This document shows positions 1 to 9,390 of a stretch of 64,000 nt of DNA, one piece after another (position 1 is the stretch's first letter; every line of letters starts with the position of its first letter). Location of the stretch: NCBI GenBank assembly GCA_964458385.1, contig CAYWIS010000003.1, positions 1,202 through 65,201 of the forward strand, in the 5' to 3' direction. Under the pieces are notes generated by a model. The model had not been told where the DNA came from. It did no database searches and was given only the letters and a program-made list of their open reading frames with translations. Source of the DNA: an uncultured Pirellulaceae bacterium. GTDB lineage: Bacteria > Planctomycetota > Planctomycetia > Pirellulales > Pirellulaceae. Position numbers and translations under genes: made by a program.

Positions 1-527
1 AAGCCATTTATTTGATGTTCGCGTTTTGCTTGCAGCCGTGCCTCTGCGTGCCGTTGGTAAACCCAACGGCACACAAGGCAAGCTTTGTCTTTCATCCCGC
101 TAGCTGCGACTCGGTGGTTCGACCATCAGCGGCTTCCAGCATTTTGATCGCCGGCAACCACGCGAGAGCGGTAAAGAGTTAACCGCCGGCGATGCCCCTC
201 AGCCGACCGACAATCGTCGGCCATACCGTTCAAAAGCTCTTACTAATCAGACTGCGAATTCGCCCAACGGTGCTTAACAGCAAGGAAATCGCCGTACGAT
301 TTCGGGATTCTCGTAATCCAATCGAAATGCGATAGGCGGTTCAATGGTGACGGCATTCTGACGAAGAAGGGGCCCGGAGAATCGTAGCGCCTCATCGGCG
401 TGACCTTTGCGCCAATCTTGTCGCCTGGAGAAGACCCAAATGGCCGATGGGGACAGGGGCCTGAACGAGAGCCACAAATGCGGTAGATTGAGTAAAGGCG
501 GGTTAACGCTTGCGGGGCGCGAAAATT

Positions 528-824
528 ATGGAACTCGACGACGAGCTTTGCCTCTGCTTTCATGTGACCAAGCGGAAGGTGATTAACTTTCTGCGCGTCG
601 AGAAACCCCGTCGCGTAGGCCAACTCAGCGAGTGTTACGGCGCCGGTACGGGTTGCGGTTGGTGTCGCCCTTATCTCCGACGATTATTCGATCAAGCCGC
701 TCAAGGAGGCGAGTTGGACGCCGACTTACCCTCCGTCGCCGAGTACGCCCGAGCCCGCGCCAAATATATCCGCGAGGGAGGCGGCACGCCGCCGCCCGGC
801 GCCACGCCCATCGACGAACCTTAA
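528..824 (+). CDS. BFD-like [2Fe-2S]-binding domain protein (bacterioferritin-associated ferredoxin-like)
   Basis: ORF 510..824. The Cys pattern LCLCFHVT...GAGTGCGWC is typical of the BFD-like 2Fe-2S domain. Position 510 is a TTG and the first ATG is at 528. The C-terminal tail is Pro/Gly-rich. Confidence 0.7.
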   Translation: MELDDELCLCFHVTKRKVINFLRVEKPRRVGQLSECYGAGTGCGWCRPYLRRLFDQAAQGGELDADLPSVAEYARARAKYIREGGGTPPPGATPIDEP

Positions 825-854
825 GCCCGGCTCACGCATACCGTCGCACCCTTG

Positions 855-1304
855 ATGACTCCACCGTCCCAACTTGGCGAGTTTCCTGTAGTGATCTCCC
901 TGCCTGTCCTTTGGGGCGATCAAGACGCCTTCGGCCATGTCAATAATGTCGTGCCGATCCGCTGGTTCGAATCCGCGCGAATCGCCTATTTGGAGAGGCA
1001 GGAAATTTCCGCCATCATGGAACAGGAAAAGGTCGGGCCGATCCTTGCGGCGATTAGTTGCAACTACCGGCGGCAGATGACGTATCCCGACACGGTATGG
1101 ATTGGCGCCCGGATCACGCGTTTAGGACGCTCAAGCATCACCATGGTCCATCAGGTCTGGAGTGAACGTCGCCAGGCAATCTCGGCCGATGGCGAATCGA
1201 CCATTGTGATTTTCGACTACGCCGCGCAGCGCTCGGTGCGCATGAGCGACGCGCTGCGCCGGGCGATTGTTCAGGTCGAGGGCCGTCCCGTGGAAGGCGC
1301 CTAG
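855..1304 (+). CDS. acyl-CoA thioesterase, 4HBT/YbgC-like hotdog fold
   Basis: ORF 852..1304. The motif WGDQDAFGHVNNVVPIRWFESARIAYL matches the YbgC-type thioesterase active-site region. Position 852 is TTG and the ATG is at 855. Confidence 0.75.
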   Translation: MTPPSQLGEFPVVISLPVLWGDQDAFGHVNNVVPIRWFESARIAYLERQEISAIMEQEKVGPILAAISCNYRRQMTYPDTVWIGARITRLGRSSITMVHQVWSERRQAISADGESTIVIFDYAAQRSVRMSDALRRAIVQVEGRPVEGA

Positions 1305-1322
1305 CCCGCACGGTAACGCGGA

Positions 1323-2345
1323 TCACGCATGGCTTAATGCGATCCACTGCGCTAGCTTTTCACGAGCGGCGCCGCTGTCCAGAGCCTCAGCCGCGCGCTG
1401 GGCGCAGGCCAGCGGCGTGTCGCACATGCCTACGGTCCACAACGCCGCCGCCGCGTTGATAATCACCATATCGCGAGCAGGCCCCGGTTCGCCCTCCAAA
1501 ACGCGGCGAATGAGCGCCGCGCTGGCGGCAGGAGTGTCGGCGGCCAGCGCTTCTCGACCATCGCCGGCCGTCGGAAAGCCAAAATCTTCGGGACGCCAAG
1601 TAAACTCGTGCGTCTGGCCTTGCCTCGCTTCTACGGCGCGCGTGCCGGCGTACAGCGTTACTTCGTCCAGACCGTCATCGCCACAAACGACAACCGCCCG
1701 CTCGCCTCCCAACAGCCGCAGCGCCCCTGCAAGTAAATCCTGCAAGTGCGGTTTTCCCGTTCCGACAAGTTGATAGGGCGCTTCCGCCGGGTTGGCCAAA
1801 GGTCCAAGCAAGTTGAAGATCGTTGGGAAACCAAGCATTCGGCGAACCGGCGCCACATGCTTCATGGCTGGGTGCAAGAGCGGCGCAAAGCAAAAGCACA
1901 CGCCCACTTCGTCCAGACACATTCCCACGGTTTCCACCGAGGCGTCAACATTTACTCCCAACTCGACCAGCACATCGGCCGAGCCGCTCTTGCTGGTAAT
2001 GCGACGGTTGCCGTGCTTGGCGACCGCCGCCCCCGCGGCCGCCGCCACAAGCGCCGCCGCCGTGCTGATGTTGAACGTGCCCGATCCATCGCCGCCAGTC
2101 CCGCAGGTGTCCAAAAGACGGGTGCGGCGGGTGGGAATGCGCGTCATGTGGTCGCGCAAAGCCGCCGCGGCGCCGGCCACCTCTTCGACGGTTTCGCCTT
2201 TGTGATGCAGGGCCGTAAGAAGCATCGCAATTCGGTTCTCGTCAACGGCGCCGCGCATGATGCAGTCGATTGCGGCCTTCATTTCTTCCATCGTCAGGTT
2301 TTCGCCACCTGAAACGCGGCCGAGAAGAGAGTCGAAGTCGGTCAT
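1323..2345 (-). CDS. trpD: anthranilate phosphoribosyltransferase
   Basis: ORF 1323..2477. It carries the diagnostic TCGTGGDGSGTFNISTAAALVAAAAGAAVAKHGNRRITSKSGSADVL block. The start is placed at the internal ATG (MTDFDSLLGRV) at 2345 because the upstream extension is not TrpD-like. Confidence 0.9.
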   Translation of the reverse strand: MTDFDSLLGRVSGGENLTMEEMKAAIDCIMRGAVDENRIAMLLTALHHKGETVEEVAGAAAALRDHMTRIPTRRTRLLDTCGTGGDGSGTFNISTAAALVAAAAGAAVAKHGNRRITSKSGSADVLVELGVNVDASVETVGMCLDEVGVCFCFAPLLHPAMKHVAPVRRMLGFPTIFNLLGPLANPAEAPYQLVGTGKPHLQDLLAGALRLLGGERAVVVCGDDGLDEVTLYAGTRAVEARQGQTHEFTWRPEDFGFPTAGDGREALAADTPAASAALIRRVLEGEPGPARDMVIINAAAALWTVGMCDTPLACAQRAAEALDSGAAREKLAQWIALSHA

Positions 2346-2608
2346 GAGGTTTCGTAACGTTCCGCGATGGGACGAGAAGCAGAAGTCAGGAATCGGAGGG
2401 GCCGGTGGTTGGCGGGGACCTTTCCGCACCGTAGGCAAGATATGGAGCATTATGCCTGGTCGACCCGAAAAACACAAAGGCGCCGGGGATAGCCCCTCAC
2501 GAAAGGCGCGATAGAATTAGGCGTGTTCAAAGTAGCAGGGGCGCCACGAGCGCCATCTTCCGCGGCGCACGGCATGCGCGTACTACTTTTTCCCGAGGCC
2601 CGAGAAAG

Positions 2609-3664
2609 ATGCTATCCAAGGAAAAACTGCTCTCGCGTACCGTCGAGCATATCGACATCACCCAACACAACGTGGTTCCCCTTGTGGACGCCATGCGCGA
2701 TATGGCGTTTAGCGCTCGTGACCTGGCGCGGGCGGCCGACATCTACGACCGTATGCTGCGCGACACCGACTGCGGAATTATCCTCTGTCTGGCTGGCTCT
2801 CTGGTGAGCGCGGGGCTGCGCAAGGTGTTCGTCGACATGGTGCGCAACCGAATGGTCGACGCCATTGTGAGCACCGGGGCGAACATTGTGGATCAGGATT
2901 TCTTCGAGGCGCTGGGATTCCGCCACTGGCAGGCCGAAGACCGCCTCAAGGCGGGATTAGACGACAACGAGCTGCGCGAACTTCACATCGACCGCATCTA
3001 TGACACCCTGATCGACGAAGACGAGCTGCGCATCTGCGACGAAACGTGCAAGCGAATCGCCGACGAGCTGCCGCCCCGTCCTTATTCCTCGCGCGAGTTC
3101 ATTCGCGAGATGGGCCGTTATCTTGTGGATCAGGGGCAGGGCGAAGACTCGATTATCCGGGCCGCTTATGAAGAAGACCTCCCGATCTTCTGCCCCGCCT
3201 TTTCCGACTGCTCAGCGGGACTAGGTATCGTGGGGCACTACTTTGAGCGCGGCGATGAACCGAAGACCTCGTTCGACAGCGCCAAGGACTTTTACGAACT
3301 GACGCAGATCAAGATTCACAACCCCACCACAGGAATCTTTATGATCGGCGGCGGCGTGCCCAAGAACTTCACGCAAGATATTGTGGTGGCGGCCGACATC
3401 TTGGGGCACGATGCTCCCATGCACAAGTACGCCATTCAAGTGACCGTGGCCGACAGCCGCGACGGGGCCTTGTCTGGATCGACGCTTAAAGAGGCGTCGA
3501 GCTGGGGTAAAGTGGACACCGCCTTCGAACAAATGGTGTACAGCGAGGCCACCCTCGCTGTGCCGCTCATTGCCGCCTATGGTTACCACAAAGGCGCATG
3601 GCGCAACCGCGAGTTCAAACGTTTCCAAAAGCTTTACGAAAAGGAAGTTACGGCCGCCAAGTAA
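2609..3664 (+). CDS. deoxyhypusine synthase-like protein (possible homospermidine-forming enzyme)
   Basis: 351-aa ORF with DHS-family blocks (STGANIVDQDFFEALG, IGGGVPKNFTQD). The EASSWGK motif contains the lysine that is catalytic in eukaryotic DHS. Confidence 0.85.
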   Translation: MLSKEKLLSRTVEHIDITQHNVVPLVDAMRDMAFSARDLARAADIYDRMLRDTDCGIILCLAGSLVSAGLRKVFVDMVRNRMVDAIVSTGANIVDQDFFEALGFRHWQAEDRLKAGLDDNELRELHIDRIYDTLIDEDELRICDETCKRIADELPPRPYSSREFIREMGRYLVDQGQGEDSIIRAAYEEDLPIFCPAFSDCSAGLGIVGHYFERGDEPKTSFDSAKDFYELTQIKIHNPTTGIFMIGGGVPKNFTQDIVVAADILGHDAPMHKYAIQVTVADSRDGALSGSTLKEASSWGKVDTAFEQMVYSEATLAVPLIAAYGYHKGAWRNREFKRFQKLYEKEVTAAK

Positions 3665-3715
3665 GGCAACTGAGCGAGGCCCTTCTGGGTAAGATCTACC
3701 CTGCATTGCCCCAAC

Positions 3716-3883
3716 CTACATGGGGCCGCCTTCGCAGCAGGTTTCGCAGATGGTGTGGCAAGCCGAACATTGCAGCTTGCCACGAATCTCGATGAGCGTT
3801 CCGCCGCACACGGGACACACCGGGCGAGGAGGCCGCGGATCCGGGGCGTCATTACGGATAGGCGGATGCGGTGGTTGAGACAT
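3716..3883 (-). CDS. small Cys-rich zinc-ribbon protein (55 aa), hypothetical
   Basis: Translated by hand and below the ORF-track cutoff: MSQPPHPPIRNDAPDPRPPRPVCPVCGGTLIEIRGKLQCSACHTICETCCEGGPM. ATG at 3881..3883 and TAG at 3716..3718. The CPxCG...CxxC layout indicates a zinc ribbon. Confidence 0.45.
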   Translation of the reverse strand: MSQPPHPPIRNDAPDPRPPRPVCPVCGGTLIEIRGKLQCSACHTICETCCEGGPM

Positions 3884-3920
3884 CGCGTCCCCACACCAGG
3901 AAGAAAGCGGAACGAAACCA

Positions 3921-3945
3921 AGCGCACCCTTGATCAGGGTGCGCT
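3921..3945 (-). terminator. putative intrinsic terminator after glgP
   Basis: Perfect 10-bp stem AGCGCACCCT/AGGGTGCGCT with a 5-nt loop, 54 nt downstream of the glgP stop. On the minus strand it is followed by the T-rich TGGTTTCGTTCCGCTTTCTT. Confidence 0.5.
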
Positions 3946-3998
3946 GCTCTGGGGCGCTCGCACCGCAAACGCCCCATCGAATTGGCTTTAGGCCGTCG

Positions 3999-6200
3999 TT
4001 AGGGCATGTCGCAACTCAGGCCGCCCGCGGCCGGCACATAGCAGGTGCGGGTGTAGTCCATCACCATGCGATGTGCACTGAACCGCCACGCCAGGCTGGC
4101 GATGGAGTTCATCATCATCCGGATCCACCGTCGCGGCAGACCGTCGACATCTCGGTCATAGAATGTGGGGATGATCTCCGTCTCCAGGGTGTCGTACAGC
4201 GCCTCGGCGTCGCGAGCGTCGGTCACTTCGTCGTTGGTGTGACTGAAGCCTTTTCCAATGGCGAAGCCGTTTTGTCCGTCATACGCCTCCGCCCACCAAC
4301 CGTCGAGCACCGAGAAATTCAACCCGCCATTGAGCACCACTTTCTGACCGCTGGTGCCCGAAGCCTCCAGAGGCCGGCGGGGGTTGTTCAGCCACACATC
4401 GACCCCTTGCACCATGTGCCGGGCGACGTTGATGTCGTAGTCCTCGATAAACACGATACGATTGTTGAATCGTTCGTCGAATCGGGTGTTGACGATCTCC
4501 TGAATAAACTTCTTCCCCGGTTCATCCTTGGGATGGGCTTTACCCGCGAAAACGATCTGAATCGGCCGTTCGGGGTCGTTGATGAGCCGGTAGAGCCGCT
4601 CTTTGTCGCGCATGATGAGCGTCGCCCGCTTGTAAGTAGCGAAACGACGGCCAAATCCAATCGTTAGGATATTGGGATCAAGAATATTCCGGGCGGTTTC
4701 AATCACCTGATCGCTTTCGCCACGGCGGCGACACTGCCGAGCCACACGGCGCCGCACGAATTGAAGCAGCAGGTTCTTAAGCGCCACGTGCGTTTCCCAT
4801 AACTCCCCGGGATCGACCTCGTAGATCTTCTGCCATACCTCCGGCTCGCCCATTTTCTTCATCCAGTTAGCCGGGAAGTAACGGTCGTAAAGCTGCTGCA
4901 TCTGCCAGGCGAGCCAACTGGGAATATGGACGCCATTGGTAATGTGGCCAATAGGAATTTCCTCCTCGACGCGCCAGGGCCAAAGATTCGCCCACATACG
5001 GCGCGTCACATGGCCGTGCAACGAACTGACGGCGTTGGCCCGGCGCGAGAGCTTCAGGCCGACCACCGTCATGCAGAAGGGCTCGTGTACATTCTGCGGT
5101 TCAACGCGTCCCAGCCCCATGAGTTGATCGTACGAGATATTCAGTGCATCGCGCAGCGGGCCCAAGTGCTCTTCGACCAAGTCGCCGCGGAAGCGGTCAT
5201 GGCCGGCGGGAACGGGCGTGTGCGTGGTAAACACCGTCTGCTGCGAGACTTCGCGGAGCGCGTCGTCAAACGAGAGGCCATTGTCATGCATCCGCTCTCG
5301 GATTACCTCCAGCGGAGCGAACGCGCTGTGGCCTTCGTTCAAATGATAAACCCCAGGCCAGATCCCCAGCGCCCGAAGCGCTCGCACCCCCCCTACCCCC
5401 AGCACCAATTCTTGGCGAATGCGGGTCCGCTCATCGCCACCATAAAGACGGGAGGTCAACTCACGGTCTTCCGGGCGGTTCCCCTCAACATCGCAGTCCA
5501 GCAGGTACAACTTCACACGGCCGACGTGCATTAGCCACACTTTGGCGAATAGGTCGCCGGTGCGGGTCTCGATGCGAACGGTGATCGGCTCCCCCTCGGG
5601 AGAGAGGGCCGGCTCCATCGGCAAGTCTTCGACGTTGGTGTCTTGGTAGAGTTCGTTCTGGTAGCCGTGCTCGTCCAGCCGTTGGCGAAAATAGCCTTGA
5701 TCATAAAACAGCCCAATGCCAACCAGCGGGACCCCCAAACCGCTCGCGCTTTTGATATGGTCGCCCGAGAGAACCCCCAAGCCGCCTGAGTAAATGGGGA
5801 GCGACTCATGGATGCCAAACTCGGCGGAAAAATACGCGACGGGCTTTGCTCCTAACACGCCCGCATGCGTTGAACTCCAAGTTTGCTTTTCAGCCAAATA
5901 CTCCTTCAAGCGGCGATAAGCGTGGTTAATGCGGCTGTAAAGGACCATTTCAGCCGCGCGAATCTCCAGCCGTTCAGGCGTGAATTCCTTGAGCAGGGCG
6001 ATAGGGTTGTGGTCTAGTTGGCGCCAGCGAATGGGGTCCAGATCACGAAAGAGGTTGATCACCTCGGGATGCCAAGTCCACCACAAATTGCGGGCCAAGG
6101 CGTTGCACTTGTCGTATAGACTTTGCGCCGAAAGCTCTACACCCGGCGGCGTCGACTTGGGTGCAGTTGTGGGCGACATGAGCATACTCGCTGGGTTCAT
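3999..6200 (-). CDS. glgP: alpha-glucan (glycogen/maltodextrin) phosphorylase, GT35 family
   Basis: 733-aa ORF with an ATG start. It has the N-terminal DUF3417-like region (WWTWHPE, LDPIRWR), the [25 protein letters not shown] block and a C-terminal PLP-region block ([15 protein letters not shown]). Confidence 0.9.
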   Translation of the reverse strand: MNPASMLMSPTTAPKSTPPGVELSAQSLYDKCNALARNLWWTWHPEVINLFRDLDPIRWRQLDHNPIALLKEFTPERLEIRAAEMVLYSRINHAYRRLKEYLAEKQTWSSTHAGVLGAKPVAYFSAEFGIHESLPIYSGGLGVLSGDHIKSASGLGVPLVGIGLFYDQGYFRQRLDEHGYQNELYQDTNVEDLPMEPALSPEGEPITVRIETRTGDLFAKVWLMHVGRVKLYLLDCDVEGNRPEDRELTSRLYGGDERTRIRQELVLGVGGVRALRALGIWPGVYHLNEGHSAFAPLEVIRERMHDNGLSFDDALREVSQQTVFTTHTPVPAGHDRFRGDLVEEHLGPLRDALNISYDQLMGLGRVEPQNVHEPFCMTVVGLKLSRRANAVSSLHGHVTRRMWANLWPWRVEEEIPIGHITNGVHIPSWLAWQMQQLYDRYFPANWMKKMGEPEVWQKIYEVDPGELWETHVALKNLLLQFVRRRVARQCRRRGESDQVIETARNILDPNILTIGFGRRFATYKRATLIMRDKERLYRLINDPERPIQIVFAGKAHPKDEPGKKFIQEIVNTRFDERFNNRIVFIEDYDINVARHMVQGVDVWLNNPRRPLEASGTSGQKVVLNGGLNFSVLDGWWAEAYDGQNGFAIGKGFSHTNDEVTDARDAEALYDTLETEIIPTFYDRDVDGLPRRWIRMMMNSIASLAWRFSAHRMVMDYTRTCYVPAAGGLSCDMP

Positions 6201-6537
6201 GGGAATCCCTTCTCCACCTGAACATTAGGACTACGTCCTTGAAACAAAACGCCAAATGCGTCGTAAAAGTATACCCATTCGGCGGTTGAGACGCGACCCC
6301 ATTCGTCGCCCCTGGTCGCGCCATTCAACCGCCAGATTCGCCGCAGATTGCCGCGATTGCGGTTTCCCACAACGACCGCCCTACGGCAAGCGTTGGAGCA
6401 TTCCACCAGACGCCCGTTCTCCCCCTAAGGCATTGGCTCGCAGCGTACGCGTCTCGTTTGCTCTGGACGAATTTGTTGGATTTTGGGACAGTTGGCCCGT
6501 CGTTGACCTCGATTAGCATTCTTTTACGGTGGCTGCT

Positions 6538-6771
6538 ATGTTCGATCGCCTGGGAGCGGCTCTAAGGCGGTGCTGGCTTATCTGGGTGCTCATCGTGACT
6601 CTGACGCCAGCGGGTTGCACTTTCGACTTTCTCGACCGGCTTCGCGGGCCTGGTTTTGACGACGACAGCAAGCGCCTAACCTCGGAACTGCCACAGCGGA
6701 AGCGCGAGGGTAAGCCGTTTAGCTTCTCCACCAAGGGCCGCGAAATAGAGAAAAATTTCGGGTTTGAGTGA
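6538..6771 (+). CDS. small putative lipoprotein, hypothetical
   Basis: ORF 6529..6771 (GTG), with an ATG at 6538. MFDRLGAALRRCWLIWVLIVTLTPAGC has a basic n-region, a hydrophobic core and an AGC lipobox-like cysteine. The remainder is charged and disordered-looking. Confidence 0.4.
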   Translation: MFDRLGAALRRCWLIWVLIVTLTPAGCTFDFLDRLRGPGFDDDSKRLTSELPQRKREGKPFSFSTKGREIEKNFGFE

Positions 6772-6880
6772 TTGCGCCGTGTGCGGCACTGCGGGGTCCC
6801 AATTCTTGAGGCAGTTCAATTTGATTCTGCGCGGTCGGGCGTCCGAAGATTAGTTTTGATCTTGTCTCTGCGCCCTGGCG

Positions 6881-7447
6881 TTGCAAAGGAATGCGACGTT
6901 GAAACCCGCGAGCACGCTTCAATATTTGTATCTTTCCCGCCTTGCCCGCCCGGCTCACGAGCGCGTCTTGTATCGCGCGCTTCGGCGTCGGTCCGTGCGC
7001 TCCATCGTGGAAATCGGTATGGGCGATGGACGACGCGCACTGCGTCTGCTAGCCGTCGCGCAACGATTCCGCCCCAATGAGCGGTTAAGTTATTCTGGAA
7101 TTGACCTTTTCGAAGCCCGGCCTGCCGGAGCGCCTGGGTTAGCGCTCAAGGATGCGCATCGCGAACTAACGCGAACGGGCGTGCAGCTACGTCTGGTTCC
7201 CGGCGATCCGTGGGCGGCCTTATCGCGCTGCGCCAACGCGCTGGCTAACACCGACCTGCTAGTGATCTCGGCCGACCACGAAGCCGAGGCGCTAGCCCGC
7301 GCTTGGTTTTACCTGCCGCGCATGCTTCACGAAGGTTCGCTGGTCTTTCTTGAAGAAGGGGCAACCGGCAACCGCCACTATCGCCAATTGAGCTATCAAG
7401 AGGCAATTGCGCGAGCCCAAAGCGAACCTAGCCGACGCGCCGCCTAG
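6881..7447 (+). CDS. hypothetical protein with class I SAM-methyltransferase-like motif
   Basis: 188-aa ORF with a TTG start, so the start is uncertain. VRSIVEIGMGDGRRAL resembles methyltransferase motif I (E/D-x-G-x-G-x-G). No other domain was recognised. Confidence 0.45.
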   Translation: MQRNATLKPASTLQYLYLSRLARPAHERVLYRALRRRSVRSIVEIGMGDGRRALRLLAVAQRFRPNERLSYSGIDLFEARPAGAPGLALKDAHRELTRTGVQLRLVPGDPWAALSRCANALANTDLLVISADHEAEALARAWFYLPRMLHEGSLVFLEEGATGNRHYRQLSYQEAIARAQSEPSRRAA

Positions 7448-7494
7448 CCTTGCGTCCGCCGCGGCGAAGAGAAGGGGGCCAGAAGAGCAAGGTC

Positions 7495-9306
7495 CTACTC
7501 GTCGCCCCCGTAGTGCGTTAGGTGGACGATTTTCGCTTTCAGGCCGCGTCCGATTACAATGCTGTTCCAATTCACACGGAATGGGAGCGTCCCTTCCGCA
7601 AACTCGCGGATATAGCGCCCTCGCGCTGACGCGGGAGTGCCCGGCGGCGGCGTGCGCACGGCGCGGTCGAGTTCCTCGTCGGTCACAATTTTGGCTGCAT
7701 ACCCCATGTCGGCCAGTTGGACAAAGTACCCTTCGCCCGACAACTCGTGGTATCGCAAGTCGATTTTCTTGCGCACTTCCCATGGAGCGCCCGCGCTGGC
7801 TTCGTCCAACAGAAACTTCTTGGTAACCCAGTCCAAGCGTCCTATAAGCGACTCAAGGGCATCGTTGCCATGCGTCTCGGCCAGTGATTCGTGATTGAAA
7901 CAGCCGGGCTGTTCCTCCGACTTCGCCGACTGATTATTGCTCGTGGCGGCTTCCTCCAACGCGTCGAGCACTTCTTCCCAGCGTCGGAATACATCGTGGG
8001 CTTCCTCCGGAGCGTCAGGGCGGCTATCGAGAAACTGGCGCACGGCGTTTAAGTAAAAGCGCTGAATCTGGAGTGCTGTCCAATGACGTCCGCCCGACAG
8101 CGCCACACGGGCCGACAAGCTTGGATCCGCCCCGATCGTGCGTATTGCGCGACGAAAGGATCGCAATTGGGGGATCCGCGGCATGGCTCGAGATTCAATT
8201 GCGTCGAGGATCAACATGGTCACACCGACGCGCAAGTACTCGGCTTCTTCGCACATATTCGAGTCGCCAAGACAAATCTGAAGCCGCTGCCGTTGCCGGA
8301 ACAAGGCAAAATAATCCCCCGGCGCCGCCCACGCCTGGAACGCCATCGCCTTGAAAAAATGGCCAAAACTAAACATCGGCCGATCGTTCAAGAATCCGCC
8401 GTAGCCGACCAGACAGTTAATCGCCTCGGCCTTATCAGCCAAGTGAAATCGGCCTTCACGGTCGACCATACCCGCTCCGCCAATTACCGATCGACTTGCA
8501 AGAAAAGGCAAGAGTTGTTGTCGGTGTGGAACAAATGCAGTTAAACAACCCAACAACCAAAGCCCAGCCGCCAGCGGGGCAGTCACCACACGCGTGAACT
8601 GCAGGAAGGCGATTTCCAGCCACAACGGAAGTGGGGCAGCGGTTTCGTTTCCCTCGGCGGCCATCTCGCCTAAGAGCAAGAGAAGCGCGCGGCGTCGCGC
8701 AGGAAACGTCAGGAAACCTCGCAGCACCAGATAGATCAGCCCCGCCACCGCAAGGTACAAAACCAATATCGCCACCTGGAGCAACAGGCCCAGCCAACAG
8801 AGCAGCATCATCGGAGCCAGCAACACCAGGCCGATCCGCCAAGCGACAAGCCGCCATCCTTCGGCAACGCGCGCCTCGTAGTTCTCTTGAGCGCCGTAAA
8901 CGTTATCGCGACTGTCGCGGTCGTTCTTGAGCAACGTGAACTCGCCAAGCACATGCGCGCCGGCGGTGGACTCACGCAGCAGATGATCTTGCGCCCGCTG
9001 ATACACCAGCACTTGCCGGGGCGAGCGACACTCGGGCGTCGCGCCTTCGATCAGCCCGTGACCGCCCGAATATTGCACGCGTTCAAACCACACGGCGCCG
9101 CCGTTAGCGGTAAACACGCCTTGTTTGAAGTGATGGGCGTCGACGGCGAGCACCCGCTCGCGCAACGCCGAGAGCATCGCTAAGTAAAGCTGATACCGGG
9201 TCAGTCCCGGGCCACGGCGCGAAGCGAGCGGCCGGTGCCGTATGGCGTATTCGGTCTCAAGGCCGACCAAACGGCGAAAGATGGGGAGCGGTTTCTTAGC
9301 GGCCAA
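7495..9306 (-). CDS. PafA/Dop-family (Pup ligase/deamidase, carboxylate-amine ligase fold) protein with internal multi-helix hydrophobic insertion
   Basis: 603-aa ORF with a TTG start at 9306. Family blocks are LVGLETEYAI, NGGAVWFERV...GLIEGATPEC, LLKNDRDSRDNVYGAQENYE, LLPFLASRSVIGGAGMV and RLQICLGDSNMCEEAEYLRVG. Residues about 146-262 are strongly hydrophobic (LVLLAPMMLLCWLGLLLQVAILVLYLAVAGLIYLVL ... LPLWLEIAFLQF ... LAAGLWLLGCLTAFV). Confidence 0.8.
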   Translation of the reverse strand: MAAKKPLPIFRRLVGLETEYAIRHRPLASRRGPGLTRYQLYLAMLSALRERVLAVDAHHFKQGVFTANGGAVWFERVQYSGGHGLIEGATPECRSPRQVLVYQRAQDHLLRESTAGAHVLGEFTLLKNDRDSRDNVYGAQENYEARVAEGWRLVAWRIGLVLLAPMMLLCWLGLLLQVAILVLYLAVAGLIYLVLRGFLTFPARRRALLLLLGEMAAEGNETAAPLPLWLEIAFLQFTRVVTAPLAAGLWLLGCLTAFVPHRQQLLPFLASRSVIGGAGMVDREGRFHLADKAEAINCLVGYGGFLNDRPMFSFGHFFKAMAFQAWAAPGDYFALFRQRQRLQICLGDSNMCEEAEYLRVGVTMLILDAIESRAMPRIPQLRSFRRAIRTIGADPSLSARVALSGGRHWTALQIQRFYLNAVRQFLDSRPDAPEEAHDVFRRWEEVLDALEEAATSNNQSAKSEEQPGCFNHESLAETHGNDALESLIGRLDWVTKKFLLDEASAGAPWEVRKKIDLRYHELSGEGYFVQLADMGYAAKIVTDEELDRAVRTPPPGTPASARGRYIREFAEGTLPFRVNWNSIVIGRGLKAKIVHLTHYGGDE

Positions 9307-9390
9307 CGCAGTATGCGACCAAAGGAGTGAGACAAGCCGTGCACGATCTCACGCAGGAGGGAAACGGTATAGGGCAGGGGTGGTCGCTCA

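Noticed and set aside
1-95. Minus-strand ORF starting at ATG 93..95 and running off the left edge (MKDKACLVCRWVYQRHAEARLQAKREHQING...)
   Set aside because: Only ~31 codons are visible and they overlap a perfect hairpin. It cannot be evaluated without the sequence to the left, so it is not reported as a feature.
243-623. 126-aa minus-strand ORF (and nested 274..477) near the left edge
   Set aside because: It overlaps the start of the BFD-like gene in antisense. Its composition (many R/P/S/G residues, no motif) looks like a spurious GC-rich frame, and I recognised no domain.
964-974. GGTTCGAATCC, a tRNA T-loop-like string
   Set aside because: It lies inside the thioesterase CDS. The flanking bases do not form a T-stem or an acceptor stem, so there is no cloverleaf. 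A similar GGTTCGACC at ~107..115 also lacks complementary arms.
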